From Hyphochytrium catenoides (Eukaryota; Protista; Hyphochytriomycota), in NCBI GenBank assembly GCA_900088475.1, contig FLMG01002007.1, positions 1-62,217 of the forward strand: 62,217 nt of DNA, in the 5' to 3' direction. The translations under genes were made by a program, and so were the position numbers. The notes beneath the pieces are model-generated. The model was not told the origin of the DNA, did not search any database, and was given only the letters and a program-made list of their open reading frames with translations. Positions 39,930 to 53,933 of this stretch are shown here, one piece after another; position 1 is the first letter of the stretch; each line of letters opens with the position of its first letter.

Positions 39930-42781
39930 TTATGGGGCTGACGGGGCCTCCTTTGGTGGTGTCAGATCTCCCAAGTCTGGTGCACTCACGGTAGGGCGAG
40001 CGGCCACAGGCGAGCGAGGTATCGAGAAAGAGCCATTCAGCCTCAAGGAAAAGGAGGTCTGAGGAGAGGTGAAGCCCGTGAGCGAGAGCTTCTTGTCCAG
40101 TCCTAGAAGAGGAAAGAGGGAACAAATAGAGAGAGAGAGAGAGACCATTGCTAATTAGCGACGGATCACCATCAGGAAGAAAGACCATTGAGGAAACTCA
40201 CCGGGGATCTGCTCTATCTCATGCCGCGTGTCATCAGAAGCTCCTTGCACGTACCAAGGGAGCCGAGTATGCTGCATCCTCTCTATCGTCTCCGTTCTAT
40301 GCCAAGAGTAGGAAGTCATTAGCTTTCTTCCCGTCACTTCTTCCCTTCCTTGTCGCTCTCTCTTTCCGTCTCCTCTCTTTCTCTCTCTCACAGGCTCTCT
40401 CTCTTTCTCATGCTTGCCGGGTGACCCAAAGCTTGTTGTATCAATCTAAGCCTGCCATCCCATCATCCGCACTCTGGTAGGTGTCTCAGTCCTATCGTAT
40501 ATCTTAGGTCTCTCTTCATACCGGGCATCGTCCTGCCGCCAGAACTTCCTTGTCCCAAAGCGATGGTCAGGCGATGGGCAGCCGCCAAGACGCGTATCAA
40601 CGTAGCTGTAGCTGAAGGTGCTCACAGTGGGGTCCGTCATAGGATCCTTGATGCCTAAAGATGCTCGAGTGGACCTGCACAGTTATAGGACTGAGTCAGG
40701 AGATAGTAACTCCGAAAGAGGAGAGAGACAGGAGAACGATCCAAAGCCGACGACTGAGACCGCCGATGTCTAAGCTGCAAGAACTGAAAGAAAAGAAAGT
40801 GCCATACTATAGACAAAGATAGGGAGCGAGACACACACAGAGGGAGGAGAGAGAGAGAGAAAGAAAGACCAATGGATTGGCCAACCTCATAGACAGAACC
40901 AACGAGGATATGATTAAGCAAGAAGGAGATAGCGTCAAGGAATCTCACAGGGGCATCATCTTGAAGGCATCCTCAAGGTGCAGTCTAGACAGTTGCTTCG
41001 AGCCCGTCATCCTCTTCCGAAGCTCGATCCACGTAGCCTTCACGCCTTGCTTAAGCTCCTAGAGGGCGTGCGGGAAGTGAGATTAAGAGTAATGTATGGT
41101 TGAACAGAGTCCAAGCATCAGAAGAGAGTGACCGAGGGAGTGAGAACAGCCAGATAGGAAGGAAGAGAAGAAGAGAAGCAGCGATTCACTATGCAACTTT
41201 CTCTTCCCCGTGCTCTCCGCTGTCATGGTCATCACGTTGCACAACTCATAAACTGACCAAGCTCGTAGACCCAGACTTTCTCTATCTCTCTCTCTCTCTC
41301 TCTCTCGCTCCCTCGAGATCTCTCTCTCTCTCTCTCTCGCTCTCTCTCTCGCTCTCTGCATTTCTCCTCTTCTTAATCTGTGACCCTCACCTGAGCAGGG
41401 GAGACCACCTTTCTTCCATAACCTCTGTCCAGCTCCATGGAGATATCTAGCGCGTTCGGGAAGAACGCGAGACGGATGTGCTCCACAGACAGATCCCAGA
41501 TCACGCAAGCGGCGGGGATACCGAAGAGAACAGACCAGAATTTGATGGAGGCAAGCATATTGATGCCCACATAGTAGAAATCAGGGGAGATGTAGACGAT
41601 TGAGTAGAGAACCAGGAAGAGAATGTAGCAGAGAAAGGAGGCAATTATGAGGAACACCGTCACGGGCGTGAAGGAGTTGATAAGCAACGCGTTCTGCAGT
41701 TAGGAAAGAGTGTGGTCAGCTCGAACGGCGAGAAATGAAGACAGGAGTAGGAGAAAGAGAAAGGGAGAGAGAGAGAGAGAAGTAAGAGAGCACAAGACTG
41801 CTAGGGGTCCGAATATGGGTAAACACTGGAGAAAGCATGACACAGAGTAGGACCGAGAGACCCCAAGAGATCAGCACAGAGACTTCCACTACCGCGAGCG
41901 CCATAGTTGAGGAAGAGAGGCAAGAGTAAGACGAACTTGGTCTTTCTCCACTGACCTTGCAGAGCATTGCCAGGACCAGAGAAGTGAAGATGATGGTTCC
42001 GAGCATGTTGATCCCACTGTCGCCAAAAGGATCTGTGGCACTAAAAGGTCGAAATCTTTCAGTACCACGTTTGAGCCCAAAATGGAGACGGCCTCTCTCT
42101 TCCTCCCTCTCTTCTCCTCTGTCTTGCTATTTGTCTCTCTTCTCTCGTTCAGGCTGAACTTACACTGAACCGTTCCAGACAGGGAAGGTGCACATGACGG
42201 AATGAATAAAAGCTTCGATAATCCAGGCAATAAACTTCCGCCGATTAAGGTCCAGATCTAGCCGACCGGAGATGTAGACCTGCATGAAGAGTATGGAGAG
42301 AAACATGGCGGACGTGAGAAGAAGAGACTCTGCAGAACTGGATGGTGTGACTCTCAGTCAGAGTAAGAATATGAGAGAGAGAGAGAGAGTTCGTTACCGA
42401 ACGAGAGAGTAGGTAAGCAATAAAAGTCAGACGGCCCATCCCCTTACCTCTGGATTGTCCAAGACAAATTGCTCTGACAGATCTCGCTCAAAAACTCCCA
42501 CAGCTACGGGAGGCAGACCGAGAACGATGTTATATAAAGTGTACACGTAAGAGTCGTACCTAGAGAAAAGAGGGAGGGAGAGAGAGCGATGAGCCAAGTA
42601 AAGTGTTAGTTTAAGGAAGATAATATGATCTGCAGCATAGACCTGATAGAAGAGACCGCACTTGCGAGCTGAATGGCAGAGAGAACGAATGTGGATCTAC
42701 AAGGAAAGAAAGAATGGATCAAAAAGAACGAGAGGAGAGAGAGGGGGAGAGAGGGAGAAAGAGAGCGAGACCGAGAGAGAG

Positions 42782-42821
<40 letters not shown>

Positions 42822-43108
42822 AAAGAAAGAAAGTGAAGTTGCCTTCTTTCTTACAGGGTTTGCCCGCTCCACGCACAGTAGTTGTTAAAATAGAACATGG
42901 TCAGGGTGAGGACAATGTTCTTATAGAAACTGTACAGAACCACTGGGGATGCATGCAGCCAATGGCAGAACGGTCACAGACGGGCGGACAGAGCCGAGGG
43001 AAACAGAGAGATCGGAGAACAGAGAGACCGGGAAACAGAGGAGAGAGTGAGAGAGAGTGTGTGTGTGAGAGAGAGAGAGAGAGAGTCAGAAAGAAAGAAA
43101 GAGAGAGG

Positions 43109-43155
<47 letters not shown>

Positions 43156-46100
43156 TTGTTAGCTTCCATGACACTTTCACAGCTCGAGGGTCTCGCTCAC
43201 CCTTGGACATCCTCCTATAGTTCCAGCGGCCGTGAACGAGAAGGAGGCGCTTTAAGTACCGGAACTGCCCGATAGCAAAGTCGCTGTTATTTACTGCTTG
43301 CATTCCTTCCTTTCCGCTGATGCCGACCCCGATGTGCGCCTCCTACAGAGAGATAAGTGAGAAGAGAGTCAAAGACTGAATTAGAGAGAGAGAGAGAGAG
43401 AGAGAAATGAACTCTGATGAGGAGTGCCAGACTTGACTTTTGAGAAGACAGGAATGGGCTGGGAAGGAAAGAAGATCTATTGGGTGCTGTGGGTTAAGCT
43501 TTCTCTGCATTGTCTCGCTCACCTGGAGCATGCCAACGTCATTGGCACCGTCTCCAATGGAGAGAGTCATGGGCTCCGGATGCACCCCTTTCTTTACCAT
43601 TCGAACGATCTCTGCCTTTTGAGAGGGAGATACACGGCAGGCAATAGCGACCTTGCAGAGCCGCGCCAGCTGATGAAGAGAGAACGAAATCTGTGAGATG
43701 CGGGATGCTGGAGAAGTCAAGAGAACTTGCAGATGACCGACCACAAGGAACATTTTTTCTGCAACTTTGTTTCCGAGGACGTGCACTAGAGAAGGCCCTT
43801 CTACCACCAGAGCCAGCATGTCAGACTCTACGCCCTCCAGCTCTCGAAGAGCATGGTCCATGGTCCCAGCACCAGACTGCGTTTAGAGGATAGAGAAAAT
43901 TATTTAAGAGGGAGAATAGCGACATTGGCCGGGAAAAGAAAAGATGTGGTGCCGCAAAGTGAAGGCAAGAATAGAGCGCATGAGTCTGAGAGGATCGAAA
44001 GAGAGAGAGAGAGAACGTCTGCCTGGAGAGTTGCAAGCGAGGGAGAGAAGCGAACTAGAGGCATCAAGAGATGTCAAAAACAGTCCTGCAGTCACTGAGT
44101 AGAGTCGAAGAAGGAGAAAAACGAGCGACTAACCGTTTTGCTGTCTGCGTCAGTCTTAGCTTTGCTCTGATCGTTGACAGCTTCAAAATGCCTCACAAGC
44201 CCGTCAAGCTGTCGTTCGATGTCTTCTCTCGTCTTGTTCTCTCCCCCAACCTTTATCAACTTCATCCCCTGAACCAATAACTTGCAAGAGTATCTACGGG
44301 AAGGAGAACAAGGTGAAGGTAAGAAAAGAAAGCAGAAAGACCAGGAATGGAGGCGTGGCAAGACAAAGAGAGAGGCAAAAAACCAAGAGAGAGACAGACA
44401 CACAGAGACAGACAGACAGCAGAGAGGAGAATGAAAGACAGAGAGAGAGAGAGGAGAGAGGGGGCGAGAAGGAGGAGAACCAAAGGAGAAGAGAGAAAAC
44501 TGGGGCACTATAGCAAACAGCTGACTAAAGGAAGGAACTAGCAGGCGGCAACCTATGACAGAAAGGAGACGGGAGGAAGAGAGAGAGAGAGAGAGAAAGT
44601 CATAGATACCCTATATTGATGGCTGTCTCCTCTTTATCTCCTGTAAGCACCCAGAGCTTGATGCCAGCCCGAGCCAGGTTAGCGATAGTATCAGGCACAC
44701 CTTCAAAAGAAGAGACATAAGACGGCGTGTGATGCGCTCTCTTCTCTGTCTGACTTCGCCTTCACTGCCCAACTCTCTTAGCGGTTTTTCCTTGGCATTC
44801 TGATGGAGTCTTTCTCTTCTCTCGTTCTCTCTGTCTCTCTCTCTTGCCTTTCCTCTCCCCTCCATCAACTCCGCTATAAGTCTCTCTTCCTCTTGCTCAC
44901 CTTCTTGCAGTTTGTCCTCAATGGCTGTGGCGCCCACAATGTTCATATCTTGTTCAATTTTCTCCGCAGCCTCCATCAGCTTCTCATTTCTTCCCTCAGT
45001 AGCCACGGTCGCCTCTTCATACAGCTTCATCCAGCCATTTACTTCTCTCTCAGAGATAACCCGCTGCGCCAGAACTAAGGTCCGCAGCCCCGACTGAGCG
45101 AATGTCTTGAGATTGTTGGTGAGAATCTCGCGGTCAGGCTCACGCACAGAGCGCTCGAACATGATGTTATCGGCGCCTGATATGGTTGACAGCGGGAAGA
45201 AGAGGATGAGAGAGAGAAGAGAGACAGAGAGGGAGTGTCAGGGATTGTAGGGGGAGTCTCAGGGATTGTAGAGTGACTTCTTCTCTCCAAAAGAGGAACG
45301 GCTACTTGTGGACTATGAGAAGAGAAAGCAGGCAGAGCATCAACGGCGGCCCTAACGCCACACTGTATGCGATATAGACCCTAAGCCAGACAAGAGCTTG
45401 CGTGGACCATCCTCCGATAGACGAGAGGGAAAGAAGTATCATAGCCAAAGAAGGCGCTTTCTTCAGCTCCAGACGAGAGAGAGAGCAAGAGAGCAAGAGA
45501 GACAGAGACTGTGTGCCACGACCTACCCTTGCAAAAGAGGTAGTACTTTCCGTTCTGCGCCTTCACAAGGACTGACATTCTCTTCCTAGTAGAGTTGAAG
45601 TGGTTGACAGCCAGAAGCTGGAAGGTAAACTCCTGACCGGCTGTAGATCACGCAAAGAAGGCAGAAGAAAGGACGGTCAGGATTGTACTTACCACTTTAC
45701 TCTCTCTGCTCTGCTCTCTTTCTTTCCTCTCTTTCTTTCCTCTCTCTCTCTCTCTCNNNNNNNNNNNNNNNNNNNNNNNNNNNNNNNNNNNNNAAGCCCA
45801 GATCCCGGGCGGCAGACACTAGCGCGCCCTCATCTGGACTTTCCGCCTGGTAGATGGGTTTCTGTGTGCGAGAGAGAGTGTGAGAGAGAAGAAAGAAAGG
45901 GAGAGAGGAGAAGGAGAGACAGAGATGGCGAGAATACCAAGTGAGGGTGACGATGCACAGCCGTTCTCCGAAAGCCTCGATCACAAAAAGAGATAAGAGG
46001 AGTCCAGAGGAGACACACACATACACATAGATAGATAGATAGATAGATATAGATATATATATATATAGAGAGAGANNNNNNNNNNNNAGGTAGAGAGGAT

Positions 46101-49100
46101 TGTAAAGAAGCTCTCGATCAATTCAGCGTCCTTGTGGCCCTTGGATAGCCTCTGGAGAATTCGAGGATCGTCCAAGGAAGGACGATCTTTTCCGGTCCGA
46201 GCTACTCCTTAATATGGGAGGAGAGGAGCGTGAAGATGAGAGAGAGAGATAAGGATACGAACATCTCCTTCTTCATCGCCTCCATCTCTCATCTTCACCC
46301 TTCATGTCTCTTTCTTTTCTGTGGCTTCTTTCTCTCACGCCTGTTTTCTATAATCCAGACCGGCAAGATTGACTGCAGTTTGACCTGTTCCTCTCTTTCT
46401 CTCCCTCTCTCTCTTTTCGGCCTTCGCTTCTGTCCCTTGCCCTGTGTGTGCTCAGTAAATCTTTTCCTCCTTATTTTGCTGAGTTTGTCGCCCAGTTTCT
46501 CCTCGTCTGTCTCTCCTTCTCTTCATTTTATCCACTACGCTCTCCTACCTGGCGATCCACCATAGATCTCCGTCCCAATGGCGCACTGCTGCAACTCCAT
46601 TACATTCCTAGTCAGTGTGCCTGTCTTGTCACTGAAGACATACTGCACTTGTCCCAGCTCCTGCGCGAGGTTGGAGGTACGAGCCAGTGCCGGAGTGTTC
46701 GTGTCCTCATCATACATTTTTAGATCAGAGTTGATAAATAGCGCCTGCAAGTGCAGTAGATATATGTCAGCGTGTCACAAAGGAACCAAGAGTGAGTGGG
46801 ACACAGAGGCAGACAGACATATGGAGAGGAGAGGGAGAGAGATCCCTCTGATGAGGCTGATGTTAGGAACCCCTTGATAAAAGCGAGAGAGAGAGCGGAG
46901 ACACTAAGCACAGGCACTATCCCTACCTGATAGTAGTTGATCATCTCCATTGTAACATACAGCTGTAGGAGCAAGGATAGGGGAGCAGACGTGAGTAAGC
47001 TGTATAGACGAGCCAGAGATGATCACTGTTGACGAAAAGGAGAAGTCATCGCGCTTCGAAGGTAACGGAGACAATGGGAAGAAAGCAAGACGCGTAAACT
47101 GAAGAGCGAAATAGCGAGGGAGAGAGCAAAGCACTTATGAGATAGAGGTGGTGAGAAGATTGCAGCCGTACAGAGATCGGAATGAAGTTATTATAGAGAA
47201 TCAGGAACGTCAGCCAATCCGCAACGGGGTTGGGCTTGGCGGAGTCTCCATCGACGAGAAGCTCTCCGATGCCGTTGAGATTGTTAGACATGCTCTGGCG
47301 AAGGAGTAAAATCGCACTGATGGTCACTAGGAGAGCTTGACACCAGAACACAAGCTTGATGGACCTGTCAGAGGCGATTGAAGTGAAGAGAGACAGAGAC
47401 AGAGAGAGAGAGACAGAGACAGAGAGAGAGAGAGAGAAGTCGGAAGCAGAGAGATACAGATGTGGAGAGAGAGGACAGTACAATGAGTTGAGGTTGTAAC
47501 ACAAGGAGGTGCAAATACCTAGCGAGCACGGAAGTCAAGAGGCGAGAAAGATGTATCATGTGGCAAGAGAGACACAGGAGCGAGAGACGTAAGACCAGGA
47601 AAGCAGAATAGCTAAAGCACGTAAGGGGACTAGGCCACGGGAAGTTCCAGGCCTTGCTGCTCCTTTAGTTACCTATTGACTGTTCTTTCAATTTTACTGA
47701 GCTTGGAAGGAGGATCTCGTGAGTTCATCATCATCTTGCTCTCTCGTCCAGTGTATACAACCACGCCATAGACAAAGCCCGTGTTACGCAGAACAGCACC
47801 GCGGAGCAGTAGGTTGATGGTGTCCAGGGCGATAGGCTTGGATGATTTGGCAGGGTAAAAGGCACCTGTGACGGGAAGAGTAAGAGGCAAGGCAAACAAA
47901 CAGATATGAGGAGATGCCGGAAGCGAGAGAATAGGCAGTATGGATGTGATCCCGATGGAGGATGGCCAATGGAAAATCAGAAGGAAATGACGAACGGAGT
48001 CAAAAACAGAGAGAAAGAGAGAAAGAGAGAAGTGGGTTTGAAAGTAAGGTTAGTCAACAGCGTAGGGAGGAGGATGAGAGATGCAGCACAGCTAGGAAGA
48101 TATTGAGAGAGGGAAGGATGGAACGAAAGAGCGACGGGAGCCAGCCTACCTTCGAAGGTGTGAATATACTTGTTGGGAAGCTCACACTTGATCCGTCCCT
48201 CGATGGTCTCTCCTTCCTTAACCTCCAGCCCAGAAGGTGTCTCTCGAATCTTCAGGTTCGTCTCTCCATCTGCAACGACGGTCATTGAAGTTTAAGTAAG
48301 CGGTAACAACGTTGAAAGATCCCAATACAGAAAGAAGTGCCAGACATAAAGACTAAGAAGGAAGAGCCAGAGGAATATTGAACGGGAGCCAGAGGCCATT
48401 GGAACTGGGGTACCAGCAAAAGGTCAAAAGGAGAGAGACGGAGACGAAGAGGGTAGAGAGAGTCGCGTTTGTTCACCGATGCTGCTCGTCTCGATGTAGC
48501 AGATGCCATCTTCACTAGAGGACTTGACTACAACGATATCAGCGGGAATGGGCTCTCGGTCGCAAACCTTGATTAGGTCACCGACAGCCACGTCCTTCCA
48601 AATCTAGATCAAGAGGAATTTTGGGGTGAGACAGCGTTGTGGCATAGGAGTAAGAGAATAGAGGTAAAGGCAATAAAGGCGTAGAGTAATCTGTGCCCGA
48701 ACCTTCTCGACGGGAACGCCGTCCTTGATCACAATAGCAGTCCGGTTATTGACCTCATTGTCGGAGATATGCCGGCGATAGTCCTCTAGACCGTCCTGAA
48801 GTGAAAGGAGTGACATTAGTCCTCTCCGTCAGTTCCTTTTTAAGATGTACCCAGAATCTCAGACACGCTCTCCCCTCTCTGTGGCTCTCCCTTTCTCCTT
48901 CTCTCTTTCTCTACTCTCTCTTTCTACTCTTCCTCTCGCTCTCTTTCTTTCTTTTGTTGTTCTTCTCTTGCCGTAGTCTTTGTATGTCCAGTTTTGCTAT
49001 GTATGCCTCATTTTAAATGCTTTGCCTCTCTCCCCTGCTTCCTTGTATAATTAGAGGAGAGGACTGCTAACGGACCTTCATGGCTGTCAGAGCCATCACC

Positions 49101-49525
49101 ATAAGAAGTGTACCGAAGGTAGACCACGGATTCAAAGGCGACTGGAAGAGTGCCGTATTGTACGAGCCCACAAACTGCAGAGTGTGAAGATTAGTTCCGC
49201 TGTCGTTCCTTCCTTCCCTTTCCAACCCTGATCGTTTCCCTCCCTCCTCACGCCATCTTCACAGACGCCTTTCTGACTTCCTCACAAGCCCATCACTTAC
49301 CATGAGAACTGACAAGACCAGGAAGTAGATGTTGGCAGTCCTTCTGAACTGCTCGAAGTAGGACTTGGGCAGCCACGTAAGCAGATTGTACTTTGATGTC
49401 ATAATCGCGTTGTCAGAGAACTGATATCGCTCGCCCTCAGGCCGTGGGATGGTGATTGTCCGCTTTTGAAGGTCATCGCCGGAAGTCGTTGGACCCTGCG
49501 GTGACGCTTTATTGGGCAGCTGCAT
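39930..49525 (-). CDS. P4-type ATPase (phospholipid flippase, ATP8A/DRS2/ALA family)
   Basis: [134 protein letters not shown]. The 3' end is either 40446 (unspliced) or 39930 via two further exons in consistent phase. Confidence 0.96.
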
Positions 49526-50952
49526 GTCAAGATATATTCCTAGTAAGAAAGAGGATAGGTGCTCTCTGCAGCCAAGAGCTCGGTTTTCACGTTTACCTCT
49601 ATTTTTGCCTCCTCCATTGGTTAAGCGGTGGATGGCCCTCTCAGAAGTTCACTGACCCTTTAACTCTGGCTGTCTGCTCGTACCGGGTCAGCTCCTGCTG
49701 GGCTGATGTCAAGTGTGAGCTCTGATGGCAACCATATTTAATCCTCCTCAAGTCGGTATGTCACCCGACGGCTGGTACAATGCAGAGTGAGGCAAAAAAG
49801 ACAGAAGGGTAGGCGTAGAAGTAGGAAAAATCTCTGCTGGGTAAGGGAAGTGAGGAGGAGAGAGGACTCCTAAAAAGCTTCGTCTTCGTGGCTCCTGACC
49901 TTGGCTGCACCTTGGTCTTAGACCACGATGGTGCATGCGGCACGATAGGATGATCGCCCTTGGAGAGCGAGCGAGGCGGTGCACTCAGACGATAGATTGC
50001 CAATCAAAGCCTCACAATGTAACCAACTTTTAACCTGGATACCCAGGGGGAGTATGGGTTTGTGATGAACAGTTAAATAAAACTATAGCTAGACCTAAGT
50101 TACCCTTGTAACCTTCTGACACCCAACAAGAAAGTGACGGCCACCATTTCCTTCTTGACCCCAGTTTGCTGTAACAGCCAACAGCCTATCATAGTCGTTA
50201 ACCCTATTCTATATAACGCCACCTTACCTCTACATATAATGGATCTCATCGTACTTATGCCAAATCACTCAGGTAAGAAAATTCAAACTACAGACATCCC
50301 CTGGGAGTGTCTGTCATCAGGGCGGCGGTAGTTTGGCCTTTGAAGATCATAATAAATGTGCTGCCCGCCAAATAAATTTCTTGGTTTCCCTCGGCCATCA
50401 TCCGTGTACGCACTGCGCGCCAGGAGCCAGGACCCTGATGGCGGCAGGTTGGCAGGCAGGCTAGTGAAAGGACAGAAGAAGGCCAAGAGATGAAGCGGCA
50501 AGCGCTATGGGGCACCGTCAAGAAGAGACCTTGCGCTTCCGTAGCACGGGGAATAATGATAAGAAGTTGAGCCTTCTTAAGTGTGGCCAAGAGTAGCCAA
50601 ACCAACCTTCGTTCTTCCTTCCTTGCCAAGGCTACATTCCTGCCTCACGTTCTTGTTCTTCGTCTCTTAAAAAAGAGGCCAACAATTTGTGTCCTGCAAG
50701 GATATCGGACAACGTGTCGACACCACGTTCTTCTGTTTTCTGGACTCCAAGTGGGCTGCGGCGCTTGTATAGGGGGTGACAAGGCCTTATCGCCATCAAT
50801 GCGCCGTCATTGATACTATTTTGACGAGAGTGGACAGAAGGGGGCGCTGCCACGGCTCTTGACCCTTGTGCCACACATCGCCATTGTGAATCATCTATCA
50901 GGCTGCTAATGCAACTTTGATCATATAAGCAGAGCCAGCCTGCGCGAGCACT

Positions 50953-52510
50953 ATGACAAACCCACAGAGCGGCTCCCCGCGCAAATGCGAAGAGTCAGAG
51001 CGCTTAGCAAAGGAGCTACTTCAAGACAGTAAGAGCTATGGTGGCCAGATCAACTCTCCTGGCACGTCTGGGCTCCTGCTTCTTGGTAAGAAGCTCAATC
51101 TTTATTAGCCTCATGTGAACCACCATGCTGATGGATGATGGATTATCTCGACACCGTTAACACTAGGCAAAGCTATGCAAAAGACCTTCCAAAGCTTTTT
51201 TGCTACTGATGTCAGCTCTTTCACTGCCATGAAGTGCAACGAGCTTGTCTGGCGCCAGCGGCAGGAACTGTTCAACTCATACTGTGCCCAGTATATCACC
51301 GTAAACTATGCGCATAACGTGAGCCTCAGCTGCCATCTTTTGCGCCTGGGGCAACAGACAGCAGAGATGGCGGACGAGCTGGAGGAGAACAAGAAGCATG
51401 CGTCAAGGTGCCAAGAGCAGGTGTGGAACAAAACCTGGGTAATGTTGCCCTTTCGATATTCACTACGGTTTCTTTGCTATCGTTATGGCATCGTTATATG
51501 GGTTAACGTCCTCGTCCTGGTGACCCTACCAGCTGGATGTGAAAACTCAGGAAGTGGCGCAGCTCAATGAAGAGGTTGCCAAGCTTTCTGCTGCCTTAGT
51601 AAGGAATGAAGAGGACATGCGCGACACCCGCTCCACACTGAACGAGTTGCAGACTGTGATGGAAGCACGATTGAAGAGAATCGAGGACGACTTATGTGCA
51701 CACAAGGAAGTACTGGAGACGCATGTGAGTGTGTATGGCTGGCAATGCTGCGTTCTTCCTGGCGCACATATATCCCCTAATCTGGCACAGCGCTTTCTCC
51801 TGGGTGGGATATCTCTTCATCTAGATCTGTTCACTCACTTTGGCATGATGAGGGCAGAGGACAATAGTCTCTCTCGGTCTGCCCTTCATTTCCATGGTGT
51901 TGTGAAGTCCTTTGTCTGTTAAGAGATGTCTCACACGGGATGTTCTCACTTATAATTGTCGCAGCAAACCCATTTGACGGCAATTAGACTGCAGACAAGA
52001 CGCCGGTTTGACCTGTTGATGGATGTCATCATGCTCCTTTTGGCTCAGACGGTGGTCCGAGGAAGCGCATTCCGCTTAATCTTTAGCTTTATCCCCAAAA
52101 GATGGAAGAGAGAAAGCCTTGGAATGAGAAGGGTGCTGACCCTCCTGCGCTTGGGGCTCTATTTCTTGGTGTTCAACATCCTTAGGGGCGCGATGGTGCG
52201 CCTTGGTCTGCACAGCGGACAGTTCGCCTGGGGGGATCTGGGTGCTGAGATAAGTAAAAGGAGTGCAAGGGCTGGGAACCAGCTTGTCGTGCGGTCCTTC
52301 CANNNNNNNNNNATGAGAGCCGCCCGAAATGCATCTCACCATAAGTTAGGCCAGCAGATAATTAGGGCAAGAAAGCTCGAGGTTCTACAGCGATTATTAC
52401 CTCCAATTGGTGTACATGAAGGTCATTGCTTTAGACCTATAACGTTGGGTCTACGCCTCAAAAGGTTCACTGCTGGCTACGGAAGGCTGGGTACCACTTT
52501 GAGCGTTTGA
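50953..52510 (+). CDS. Hypothetical coiled-coil protein with C-terminal hydrophobic (TM-like) segments
   Basis: Exons in consistent phase: MTNPQSGSPRKCEESERLAKELLQD|..QTAEMADELEENKK..|LDVKTQEVAQLNEEVAKLSAALVRNEEDMRDTRSTLNELQ..|..FDLLMDVIMLLLAQ..LLRLGLYFLVFNILRG. The 3' end is uncertain because of the N gap at 52303. Confidence 0.6.
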
Positions 52511-53893
52511 TGCCTCTGTATCGCCTTGATCTGGAGGCCCCTGTCCCTGCATCTCGTCCTCTTCCTCCGACTGGTCGTCCTCCTCCATAGATCCCTCATT
52601 GTGTTGTACTTCACCCTCTACATCTTTCTTCCGGGAAAAAGCTTCTTTCACGGAAGGTTGATAGGAAGTGCGATCCGGCGCATCCCTGGCCTTATCAGCA
52701 CAGAACAGACAGGCCACTTGAAGGTACCCCTTGGTCTTTATGACGCCAAGAGAGCGATGTGATTAGAGGGACAAGCCGAGAGCTTTGCATGCAAACATAG
52801 ACTTACGAAGCGCTATAGTGGGACGATCAAAGAAAGAGGGTGTGAAGGGAGGACTTACCCGAGCATGAGCAGATTGCAGCGCATTCCCCAGCTTTCCGGA
52901 TAAAGTTGTCAAGAGCTTCTGAAGGTTAAATAGCTGCAGAGAAATAAACATTTAGTGCTGCGGTATGGCAAACAGAGGGATGGATAAGAAGAAAGGACAT
53001 CCTCGGGGGACAGGGCGTGGACAATGTAAATTGAGGTAAGCGTGGCCAGAAAGAAACACCGATGGGACATAAACATACTTGCTGTGGGCTCCAGTTCTGG
53101 ACCTGCTCCTCTATAATGTCTCTAATAAGCACGGAGTATACTAATCGCTCATAGTCCTCAACCTAGGAGAGGAATGGTTAGGCTTCGTCGACGAATACTG
53201 ATGATCAGGCTGAGAGTCTCCCAATGCTCCTACCCCTTTAGTAAGCTCAAAATCATTTTCTAGGAACCTAAATACTTCTTGGTAGATGATCTCAGGATCA
53301 AGATCCGCCTCTTCTACCAGCAGTTTTGGCGGTTCTGGCTGAGAAGATGACTGCTCTGATGCCTAAGGACGGCGTCTGTCAGTGATAAAGGCCAATGCAT
53401 GAACGTGGAAAGAGACACTCCGCGTGCAAACGGGTCAATAGGCGGCCATGTCGTACCGCTTTTTGACTTCTAATGTGCTTGAACATTTGAGCCAGGATAA
53501 GATGCCTAAGCTCTCTCTCTCTGTGCTCAAGGCTCAACTGCTTAAGCAAGTCTAATAGATCCTCCCCGTACCCTGTCAGTCAGCACCACAGGTTAAGCCG
53601 TAGTAGACCAGACAAAGTGGACTGGGAGCACCTCTTACCAAAAATTCTAACAAATGCCAACAGGATCTTCTCCATTGCCGCTTTCCACTCGGCATCGCTA
53701 TATGAAGCTAACATAAGGTCCATCGTCAGCTTCGCAGGGACCCGAACGCCTTGTAGGGATTTATCCAACAATAGACGTGCCAGGAAGGTTACAACCTGGA
53801 GCTTGAGTTCTCCCTCTAGAGGAGCAATGAGCCTAGTGCAATCAAACCAAGAGAGAGTGAAAGAAAGAGAGAGAAAGAAAGAGAGAGAGAGAT

Positions 53894-53933
<40 letters not shown>

